Positions 38,268 through 45,947 of a DNA stretch of 64,000 nt are shown here, piece after piece. The translations under genes were made by a program, and so were the position numbers. The stretch covers positions 3,872,001 to 3,936,000 of the forward strand of contig OY970166.1 in the NCBI GenBank assembly GCA_963706595.1, written 5' to 3'. The notes under the pieces are model-generated. The model did no database searches. It was given only the letters and a program-made list of their open reading frames with translations, and was not told the DNA's origin. Each line of letters starts with the position of its first letter. Position 1 is the stretch's first letter. The DNA is from an uncultured cyanobacterium. GTDB lineage: Bacteria; Cyanobacteriota; Cyanobacteriia; Cyanobacteriales; Nostocaceae.

Positions 38268-39170
38268 GTGTTTAAATTTCTGACAAAACTTGACTATTTG
38301 CTCAAAGAGACTTTTCTCGGTTTACTGCGGGGCGGTTGGATGAATTGGGCGGCTATCAGTACCGTTACAGTGTTATTATTTTTATTTGGCTTGAGTCTGC
38401 AAACTTCTTGGCAAGTTGAAAAACTCCTGAATCAGTTCGGTAGCCAGTTAGAAGTTTCAGTTTATCTCGATCCAGAGACAGCAGCCGGCAGCATTGAGCC
38501 ATTTATCGCCCAAATGTCGGATGTAGTAGGGATGGAAACTATTACTAAAGAACAAGCTTGGACGAAGTTAGTCCAGGAATTAGGCATTTCCAATATTGAC
38601 GGGGCTACCCAAGAGTTAGGGGATAATCCTCTGGTGGATGAGATTAAGGTAAAAGCTCGGAATTCTGAAGCTGTCCCCAATTTAGCCACGGAACTGGCGA
38701 AGTTACGGGGCGTGGAAACTGTGCAGTATATAGATGAAGCAGTTAAACGCATTGCCCAGTTGCACCGGGGTTTAAACTGGATTACTTTGACAATTACAAT
38801 TATTCTGACTTTAACTGCGATCGCGGTAACTACTACCACTATTCGTCTGATTGTCATGGCGCGACGGCGAGAAATTGAAATTATGCAACTGGTAGGTGCA
38901 ACATCTGCTTGGATCTATCTGCCGTTTATTTTACAGGGAATTACCTTCGGTTTAGTTGGTGGTGCGATCGCTTGGAGTTTCATTTCTTTAATCCAACAGT
39001 TTATCAGCCGGACTTTAGCAAATCAACCAGATTTTATCCAATTTATTACCAACGGTTTGCAACTTAGTTCCGCACAGGTTTTACTATTGCCTTTAATTTT
39101 GTTAAGTTTCGGTGCAGTGGTAGGATTAATGGGCAGCTTGTTTGCTGTGCGGCGGTTTGCGAAGAATTAA
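38268..39170 (+). CDS. ftsX: Cell division ABC permease FtsX
   Basis: Four-TM topology, LGDNPL and TIRLIVMARRREIEIMQLVGAT; probable GTG start. Confidence 0.9.
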   Translation: MFKFLTKLDYLLKETFLGLLRGGWMNWAAISTVTVLLFLFGLSLQTSWQVEKLLNQFGSQLEVSVYLDPETAAGSIEPFIAQMSDVVGMETITKEQAWTKLVQELGISNIDGATQELGDNPLVDEIKVKARNSEAVPNLATELAKLRGVETVQYIDEAVKRIAQLHRGLNWITLTITIILTLTAIAVTTTTIRLIVMARRREIEIMQLVGATSAWIYLPFILQGITFGLVGGAIAWSFISLIQQFISRTLANQPDFIQFITNGLQLSSAQVLLLPLILLSFGAVVGLMGSLFAVRRFAKN

Positions 39171-39195
39171 AATTACAGCAATCAGGACGTAATTT

Positions 39196-40005
39196 ATGGC
39201 AACTCAGTGGGAATCTTTACTGCAAAATCTCGGTGAATGGCAAGGTTCATTTACCCGATTCTCACCCCAAGGCGCACTTTTAGAAGATATCAAAAGTGTG
39301 GTTTCTTTAGAAGGGTTGAATAATAACCAGACCATCCGCCAGATTGTCAGCCGCCAAGGACAAGAAGATTTAGTTTTAGAATATAGTTCTGTGGCTAAAA
39401 GTACGCTGTTTTTTGCCAATGGTGCTTTTTCCCAAGGTTCAATTCAGTTAGCACCGTTTACAGAATTTGGGGCGGAACTCGGTTTGATTCATGAAAATCG
39501 CCGCTTACGCCTGGTGCAAATATTTAATAAAACTGGTCAATTAGATAAAATTACTCTAATTCGAGAACATTTAGCTGGGACTGAAGCAGTAGAACGCCCA
39601 TCGTTACAAATAGATGATTTATTGGGAGAATGGCAAGGTGAAGCTGTCACCATATATCCAGATTGGTCTTCGCCAGATAATTACTCTACCAATTTAAAAT
39701 TACAATTAGATGATACTGGACGATTAATTCAAAGTTTAACTTTTGGCGAGCGCACCATTACGTCAACTGGTACTATCCAAGGTTCAATTATTAACTTTGA
39801 TCAAAATCCGCAAAAACAGGTACAAGTATTACTCCTCCCTGATGGTGCGTCTGTCACATCTCCGTTACAGGTGCAGTTGCGTCAACCCTTATTTTTAGAA
39901 GTTGGTTGGTTAATTCAGCCTAACCTGCGCCAACGCATGATTCGCAGCTACAACGATAAAGGCGAATGGGTTAGTTTGACATTAGTTACAGAAGAAAAAG
40001 TTTAG
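39196..40005 (+). CDS. DUF3598 family protein
   Basis: QWESLLQNLGEWQGSFTRFSP, FSQGS and RQRMIRSY. Confidence 0.8.
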   Translation: MATQWESLLQNLGEWQGSFTRFSPQGALLEDIKSVVSLEGLNNNQTIRQIVSRQGQEDLVLEYSSVAKSTLFFANGAFSQGSIQLAPFTEFGAELGLIHENRRLRLVQIFNKTGQLDKITLIREHLAGTEAVERPSLQIDDLLGEWQGEAVTIYPDWSSPDNYSTNLKLQLDDTGRLIQSLTFGERTITSTGTIQGSIINFDQNPQKQVQVLLLPDGASVTSPLQVQLRQPLFLEVGWLIQPNLRQRMIRSYNDKGEWVSLTLVTEEKV

Positions 40006-40062
40006 TCTATACAAAGATGGTAAATCGGGATCACAAATAGAATTGTAAATGATTGAAATAAT

Positions 40063-41013
40063 TCAATTATTTGTTTTCCAATAGCGTTCAATTAATTCAA
40101 AAATTCGATATTTATCTAAAAAATATACAGAACCTATTACCCCTTTAGGGATCTTTTCAACAATTTTTTCACGAGAATTTTCAGTGAAAGAACCACTAAT
40201 TGCAATGATAAAAGTTGAGATATAATGTTTTTCATTAGAGCCAATTTCGTAGAATGGCATTTTGAAGGCATCATCTAATTGACCGATAAGTTCATCGATC
40301 TGTGAATTAACTCTACCACTTATATTTCCAGCTTTAGCTTGCAAACCATAATGTCTATAATTTCCAAAAGAAGTAAGTTCAGAGAATGTAAAATCTTTCC
40401 CATATTCCTTACTACCATGTGTGTAGCGTACAAATGAAAAACTCATTCGTCTTAATAAAGGAAAAATTATCTCTTTAGAAAAAGAATCTTCATTAGTTTC
40501 ATATTCAGATTTCCACTCAATTCCTCTTATAGCAATTTCTGCTGTTTTTAATAACTGCTTTAACTGATTGGCTGCATGGTCAATTGCTGTTTCTATAAAA
40601 TTCTCTGTGGACAAAATGTGACTAAGTGTAATTACCTTCCAATCGTCTTCTACTTCAATGTCAGTAACTTCAAAATTATCAAAGTGTTTAACCTGCTTGT
40701 TGATTGATTCTAATAAATGAGCAAGTCCAAATTGTCCTTCCCAATACTTGTTAGGTTTACGAGATGTGAAATTTAATACAACCCTACTTTTTCTACATGA
40801 AATTTGTAATTCGTTAAAAAAATATGTTCCAAAACCATCTTCACTTTCGATCTCAATTGAAAGGTTTTCTGGAAAGGGAGACGCTACTATTTTTTGCAGG
40901 TCAGTGAGGTCGCATTTTGCAAAGACATAACCATCCTCAACGTCTAAAACGTCGATCTCTTTACCAGAAATGAAAACATGATATTCTTCATCACTTTCTT
41001 TCAGATCAATCAC
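40063..41013 (-). CDS. Hypothetical protein with a C-terminal restriction-endonuclease-like (Mrr/PD-(D/E)XK) domain
   Basis: RYTHGSKEYGKDF...YGLQAKAGNI motif set; likely GTG start at 41013 after AAGGA; AT-rich, no HIP1 seen. Confidence 0.6.
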   Translation of the reverse strand: MIDLKESDEEYHVFISGKEIDVLDVEDGYVFAKCDLTDLQKIVASPFPENLSIEIESEDGFGTYFFNELQISCRKSRVVLNFTSRKPNKYWEGQFGLAHLLESINKQVKHFDNFEVTDIEVEDDWKVITLSHILSTENFIETAIDHAANQLKQLLKTAEIAIRGIEWKSEYETNEDSFSKEIIFPLLRRMSFSFVRYTHGSKEYGKDFTFSELTSFGNYRHYGLQAKAGNISGRVNSQIDELIGQLDDAFKMPFYEIGSNEKHYISTFIIAISGSFTENSREKIVEKIPKGVIGSVYFLDKYRIFELIERYWKTNN

Positions 41014-41269
41014 TGCTCTTTTCCTTTTGCTGCATTTCTTGAACAAAATCTCCAATGGGGCGAATTTGACCAGCGTTGAGTTCCTCAAAACCTTGCTGAA
41101 TACCGGCAATTGTCTCCAACTGATCAATCAATTGGCGTAGTTTGCTAGAATCAATTTTACTAGGATCAAGAAAGGTAACGAGAACTTGAGTGCAATCGCT
41201 CAAGTCTTGGGGTAACTCAGTAAGTTGAATTTGCCCATTTTGATAAATGCCTTCGATGGTTTTTAGCAT
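41006..41269 (-). CDS. Antitoxin-like small protein
   Basis: MLKTIEGIYQNGQIQL N-terminus (AF2212/DUF104-like) and ETIAGIQQGFEELNAGQIRPI (ParD-like) tail. Confidence 0.6.
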   Translation of the reverse strand: MLKTIEGIYQNGQIQLTELPQDLSDCTQVLVTFLDPSKIDSSKLRQLIDQLETIAGIQQGFEELNAGQIRPIGDFVQEMQQKEKSSD

Positions 41270-41334
41270 GAGTTGTTATGGGGTTGCTAATTCTCTCCAT
41301 TCTAGTTGCTGCAAGAATTTATTCACCAGCGCTG

Positions 41335-41562
41335 CTAATCGCCACGGATTTCAACTAATGGTTCGCTTGTTTGCAAAATTTCTAGTGCTGCTTTGAGATC
41401 ATCTGCCTCAAGATCAGGTATTTCTTCCAGTATCTGTTCCGCACTCAGTCCAGCCGCAAACAAGTCGAGTACATCTGACACCCTAATTCTCATCCCCCGG
41501 ATACAGGGACGACCACCACATTGTTTGGGATTAACTGTAATTCTTTCAAGTAAGTTTGACAT
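41335..41562 (-). CDS. DUF433 antitoxin with an atypical C-terminus
   Basis: RITVNPKQCGGRPCIRGMRIRVSDVL...DLEADDLKAAL. Confidence 0.85.
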   Translation of the reverse strand: MSNLLERITVNPKQCGGRPCIRGMRIRVSDVLDLFAAGLSAEQILEEIPDLEADDLKAALEILQTSEPLVEIRGD

Positions 41563-41574
41563 ACGGTTTTGCTG

Positions 41575-41859
41575 TTAATAAACTTCATCGTGCGTTCCAA
41601 TATCAAGCAAAACAATAACTTCACTATTTGTTTCCGTATCTTGTTCAATAGAGAAGACAACACGACAATCATAGCCGCAAGAGCAGGACTGAAAAGCATC
41701 AAGCTTCCCGCTTAATTTATGAGTGCCTAGTTTTGGAACAAATACATCTGCCTCCATTTGTTGAAGAGTTTCTTCAATACGTTGCTGGAGGTCAGCGTTT
41801 CGCTTCACAAACTTGCGGAATGCCCTTTTAAATTTTGGGGTCAAAACCAATGCTCTCAT
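41575..41859 (-). CDS. RelE/YafQ-superfamily mRNA interferase toxin
   Basis: TPKFKRAF, LGTHKLSGKL, YDCRVVF and IGTHDEVY. Confidence 0.88.
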   Translation of the reverse strand: MRALVLTPKFKRAFRKFVKRNADLQQRIEETLQQMEADVFVPKLGTHKLSGKLDAFQSCSCGYDCRVVFSIEQDTETNSEVIVLLDIGTHDEVY

Positions 41860-42083
41860 GCGTCTGGCTCTTGCAAAGACTGACGCAATGCAGTAACCAC
41901 ATCCTCTGCTGACTGGGGTTGAAATTTGTCTGCATGGAAATCAGCCAAGGTTTGTTGAGCATCAGCAGCAATTTCTGCCCGACGACTTTCATGGTGGCGG
42001 TTTTGCAGAATTTTTATCAGCATTTCCTGCTGTTCGTAGGGTAATTGTAAAGCGGTTTCTAGCACTTGGTCGAGAGTATTCAT
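41856..42083 (-). CDS. Cognate antitoxin of the RelE/YafQ-like toxin
   Basis: 75 aa; its stop overlaps the toxin start (ATGA); LDQVLETALQLPYEQQEMLI pattern. Confidence 0.75.
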   Translation of the reverse strand: MNTLDQVLETALQLPYEQQEMLIKILQNRHHESRRAEIAADAQQTLADFHADKFQPQSAEDVVTALRQSLQEPDA

Positions 42084-42173
42084 GTGATTTGGCTATGACC
42101 TCTGAAATGGAAACAGATTAAGAATTTAAGTAAATTGTATCGCTATCATTAAGTTCAAGGAAAATCCAAATCT

Positions 42174-42749
42174 TTACATTAAATTACAACTACGTTGCAA
42201 CGCTTCCTTAAGTAAAGCCTGATACTCATCATCCCTAATACCGTAAGCACCAAATCTTTCTAAATGGGGATTCATCATTTGGGCATCAAATAGTACAAAT
42301 TGCTTTTGGCGTAACCTTTCCACCAACTTAACCATCGCCACCTTTGAGCCTTCAGTAATGCGGAAAAACATCGACTCACCAATGAACGCACCGCCAATTA
42401 CCAGCCCTAAAATACCCCCAGCCAATTCGTCACCTTGCCAAGTTTCAAAACTATAGGCGTAACCATTCTGGTAAAGTAACCAGTAAATCTCTTGTAATTC
42501 TCGTGAAATCCAAGTAGTTTCGCGATTAGCACATCCAGCCACCACACCCTGAAAGTCACGGTTAATCGCCACAGTAAAACGCTCTTGATTGAGAACACGC
42601 TGTAACGACTTCGGGTAGCGAAATCGCTCATCCAAAGGAATCAAAGTGCGATCGCGACTTCCGTACCATCCCAGGCCTGTATTATCATTAGCCATGAGAA
42701 AATAACCTTGAGCATAACCCCGAATAATAGCAGCGATATCATATTGCAT
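42174..42749 (-). CDS. aat: Leucyl/phenylalanyl-tRNA--protein transferase
   Basis: GYAQGYFLM, TWIS, LAGG, FIGESMF, SKVA, FDAQ and HLERFGA. Confidence 0.93.
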   Translation of the reverse strand: MQYDIAAIIRGYAQGYFLMANDNTGLGWYGSRDRTLIPLDERFRYPKSLQRVLNQERFTVAINRDFQGVVAGCANRETTWISRELQEIYWLLYQNGYAYSFETWQGDELAGGILGLVIGGAFIGESMFFRITEGSKVAMVKLVERLRQKQFVLFDAQMMNPHLERFGAYGIRDDEYQALLKEALQRSCNLM

Positions 42750-42775
42750 AATTAAGCAAACAAGCAAAAAACCCT

Positions 42776-42817
42776 CTCAGCGTACCTTTGCGTTTCCCTC
42801 AGCGTACCTTTGCGTTT
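42776..42817. repeat. 22-bp direct repeat of a dispersed repeat family
   Basis: ctcagcgtacctttgcgttt x2; related copies at about 3783-3823 and, inverted, 12899-12940. Confidence 0.65.
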
Positions 42818-42825
42818 AAAAAAAG

Positions 42826-43155
42826 ATGACTCAACCAATTCCACCCATCACCTTACCACCCTCCAACAACCCCGATCTAGAAGGACAATGGTTGCAAGAT
42901 TCCTTATTGCGGTGGCTAGATACAGAATTTTTACCAGAAATAGTCAATCAAAAAATCGCCCAACGCGCGGCGCAAATTTTTGTCCGTCAACGCATGGAAG
43001 GAGAAAACGACCTGGGATCTCTAGTTATAGCCATTGTTACAGAGATGCAGGCATTTGATTTTTCTAAAAGTTTTTATGGAGAGTTTGCGATCGCCAACGC
43101 CGTCAGCGATCTACTCTTAGACAGTCTAGGTATAGACCGTTGTTGTGGAGAATAG
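42826..43155 (+). CDS. Conserved hypothetical cyanobacterial protein
   Basis: 109 aa; WLDTEFLPE, RQRMEGENDL and FAIANAVSDLL; contains HIP1. Confidence 0.75.
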   Translation: MTQPIPPITLPPSNNPDLEGQWLQDSLLRWLDTEFLPEIVNQKIAQRAAQIFVRQRMEGENDLGSLVIAIVTEMQAFDFSKSFYGEFAIANAVSDLLLDSLGIDRCCGE

Positions 43156-43200
43156 CTTGGCTGTGGTCATTAGTTCTTTATCCAAACTAATGACCAACCA

Positions 43201-43503
43201 CTACCAGCTAGACTTGACCACACCAGGTAAAAGACCTTGATGCGCCCATTCCCGTAGCACGTTCCGAGATAGCCCAAAGTCACTGTAGACACCTCTAGGA
43301 CGACCAGTTACCCAGCAGCGATTGCGGTGACGAGTCGGCGCACTATTCCGGGGTAGCTGTTGAATTTTCCGGTGAACTTCCAACTTATCCAAAGGAGATA
43401 CAGCGCTTTTGAACTCTTCCAACAACGCTTCTCGCTTGTCAGCGTACTTTTCTACCAACTTGGCGCGTTTTTTTTCGCGCTCAATCATACTCTTTTTTGC
43501 CAT
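43201..43503 (-). CDS. rpsN: 30S ribosomal protein S14
   Basis: [30 protein letters not shown] and LPGVVKSSW. Confidence 0.98.
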   Translation of the reverse strand: MAKKSMIEREKKRAKLVEKYADKREALLEEFKSAVSPLDKLEVHRKIQQLPRNSAPTRHRNRCWVTGRPRGVYSDFGLSRNVLREWAHQGLLPGVVKSSW

Positions 43504-43571
43504 AAATTCTCTAACAGATTTAAAGACAGCATTTTCTATCTTACCGTGTCCCCATTAATTATAGGGATATT

Positions 43572-44249
43572 TTATTTTCCTTGTCCTGCAACTAATGTTT
43601 TCCCAGCACTGGGGCATAAATCACTTAACTCACAAGCCTCACAGACAGGAGAACGGGCTTTACAAACAGCACGACCGTGATAAATTAACCGAATTGACCA
43701 ATTTTCCCAATCTGGCTGGGGTAACAACTTGATTAAATCTTTCTCAATCCGGATTGGATCAGGAAATTTAGTTAAACCCAAGCGTTGGCTCAAACGCTTC
43801 ACGTGAGTATCTACAGTCACCCCAGCATTAATACCATAAGCATGAGCTAGAACGACATTGCCAGTTTTGCGCGCCACACCTGGAAGCTGCAATAATTGCT
43901 CCATTTTGTTAGGAACAACAGAGTCAAACTCGCTGACGATTTTTCGACAAGCCCCTTGAATATTCTTCGCCTTATTGCGATAAAAACCCGTAGAACGCAC
44001 CAAATTTTCTAACTCTTCTAAATCAGCATTAGCTAAACTAGCCGCATCAGGAAAGCGTGCAAATAAAGCTGGTGTAACTTTATTGACTCGCTCATCTGTA
44101 CACTGGGCGGAGAGAATAGTTGCTACTAGCAGTTGGACTGGGGTTGAATAATTCAAGGAACAAGTTGCATCTGGATAGAGATGCTGCAAACGGGCGAGAA
44201 TTTCTAGCGCCCGTTGCTTTTGGGATGGGGATTTGCGGGTTACACTCAC
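43572..44249 (-). CDS. nth: Endonuclease III
   Basis: LSAQCTD, LPGVARKT, VDTHV and the Fe-S motif CKARSPVCEACELSDLC. Confidence 0.95.
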   Translation of the reverse strand: MSVTRKSPSQKQRALEILARLQHLYPDATCSLNYSTPVQLLVATILSAQCTDERVNKVTPALFARFPDAASLANADLEELENLVRSTGFYRNKAKNIQGACRKIVSEFDSVVPNKMEQLLQLPGVARKTGNVVLAHAYGINAGVTVDTHVKRLSQRLGLTKFPDPIRIEKDLIKLLPQPDWENWSIRLIYHGRAVCKARSPVCEACELSDLCPSAGKTLVAGQGK

Positions 44250-44262
44250 TGGAATTTATGGA

Positions 44263-44333
44263 GTTTCTAGACGCGATGAATCACGGTTTTTAGATGAATC
44301 GCGGTTTCTAGACGCGATGAATCGCGTCTCTAC
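44263..44333 (-). repeat. REP copy 4 plus adjacent partial duplications
   Basis: agacgcgatgaatcgcgtctctac at 44310-44333; minus-strand units CTAGAAACCGCGATTCAT / CTAAAAACCGTGATTCATCGCGT / CTAGAAAC. Confidence 0.85.
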
Positions 44334-44340
44334 AAGGGAA

Positions 44341-45438
44341 TTACTGAAATAACTTTTGTACCCAATCTAATTGGGAAGTTAATTGACTGGTTTCTTTGAC
44401 GATCAGAAAAATGCCTAGTCCTAAAAGTAGCACTAAACCAGTTTGCATTACGCCTTCTTGAATGCGGTTAGGTAATGGCTTACCACTTACACCTTCAATC
44501 AGCAAAAATGCTAGCTGTCCGCCATCTAAAGCTGGTAAAGGCAAAATGTTGATAATTGCCAAGTTAATGCTGATTAAAGCGGCAAAGAAGAACAGACCAC
44601 CTGTGTCATTTTGGGCAATGTTGGAACCAATTTGCACAATTTTAATCGGTCCGGCTACCTGACTCGCTGTTTCGCCGAAGTTAGTGATTAGTTTCCCAAA
44701 GCCTTGAAATGTCAAGGTGACAAGGCGCTGAAATTCGGTACCACCAATGTTTAACGCTTTTCCCAGATTATTAACGGGACGGCGGACAACTTCACCATTG
44801 GGAGCAAGTCCGATACCAATACTACCTCCGGCTGGCTTATCTTCAGGAACTACATTCACTGAAAGCCTTTGGTCGCCACGGGCAATTTCTAGTTGTACAG
44901 ACTGACCAGGACTATTTTTAATGATGTCTCTGAAAGCTTCTATGTCTTGTAGCGCTGTGCCAAATTCTGTTTGATCAGCTGCTAAGATGACATCTCCTGG
45001 TTGAATTCCGGCTGCGGTAGCTACAGAACTGACTTCTGGCGCTAGTTGTTGAATTAAAACTCCTGGGGCGCTGGCTTCACCTATACCGATGAGACTCACC
45101 TGAGTTACCAAGAGGAAATAGGCAAAGATTAAATTGGCGATGACTCCGGCGCTGATTACGATCGCCCTGTCGAAAATGGGACGGTTTCGCATCAAATTGG
45201 GGTCATTGGGGGGAATATCGCTATCTGGGTCATCGTCGGGAAAGCCGACAAAACCGCCCAAGGGAAACAGACGGATAGCATATTCGGTTTGTGGTCCTTG
45301 GTATTTCCACAGAACTGGGCCGAATCCTAAAGAAAAGCGGTTAACGAGAATACCTTGAGAACGAGCTGCGGTAAAGTGTCCCAACTCGTGTACCAAGATC
45401 AGAACAGCCAAGACTGCGATCGCTGCTAAAACTGACAT
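44341..45438 (-). CDS. rseP: RIP metalloprotease RseP (M50, PDZ)
   Basis: HELGH, FSLGFGP, PLGGFV, AGVIAN and NILPLPALDGG. Confidence 0.95.
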   Translation of the reverse strand: MSVLAAIAVLAVLILVHELGHFTAARSQGILVNRFSLGFGPVLWKYQGPQTEYAIRLFPLGGFVGFPDDDPDSDIPPNDPNLMRNRPIFDRAIVISAGVIANLIFAYFLLVTQVSLIGIGEASAPGVLIQQLAPEVSSVATAAGIQPGDVILAADQTEFGTALQDIEAFRDIIKNSPGQSVQLEIARGDQRLSVNVVPEDKPAGGSIGIGLAPNGEVVRRPVNNLGKALNIGGTEFQRLVTLTFQGFGKLITNFGETASQVAGPIKIVQIGSNIAQNDTGGLFFFAALISINLAIINILPLPALDGGQLAFLLIEGVSGKPLPNRIQEGVMQTGLVLLLGLGIFLIVKETSQLTSQLDWVQKLFQ

Positions 45439-45580
45439 AGAGCAAATTAGTCAAAAAATTCGGATATTATTCTTATTGTAATAGTTAAGCAATGGCTAAA
45501 GAGTCTTCACCCATCCTGGGGGATCAGGTAATGGCTGGATTGAAGTCAAGACCGCTTCGGCGCAACTATGCCCCTTGGAG

Positions 45581-45711
45581 TAAGTAGGTTGGTGTTCAAA
45601 ATAGTCGTTGGGGCAAGGCAGGGAGCAGGGAGCAGGGAGCAGGGGGAAAAAGGGTTTCAGCCCTATTTACTTTTGTTCACACCTTTTGGTTATTTCACGC
45701 CCACCTACTTA
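45581..45711. mobile_element. MITE-like element carrying STRR heptamers
   Basis: Termini TAAGTAGGTTGGTGTT and TCACGCCCACCTACTTA; internal gcaggga tandem. Confidence 0.6.
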
Positions 45712-45893
45712 TACACATCCTACGTGTCTTTTCCAAAATTAAATAGTAGTCCTATAGTTGAATTAAATTTTTGCTAAAAATTAGCAAAATCATTTGCCTG
45801 AGAGGAAAAACTTGGTCAAAATCTTGTTAAGATTAGTGAAATTACTGACTTAAAGACTAGAATAGTGATAATCACATAGTTAAACTATCAAAT

Positions 45894-45907
45894 AGTGCAT
45901 CTGTACT
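45894..45907. promoter_or_regulatory. Candidate LexA box upstream of sbcC
   Basis: AGTGC-atct-GTACT, one mismatch from AGTAC-N4-GTACT, 40 nt before the ATG. Confidence 0.45.
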
Positions 45908-45947
45908 GCTAGTTCGTAAAACATTTAGATGCGGCGCTATAGCCTCA

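Noticed and set aside
41014..41127. N-terminal extension of the 354-aa ORF in the track
   Set aside because: It overlaps the antitoxin-like gene in another frame; GTG at 41013 with an upstream AAGGA is the more plausible start.
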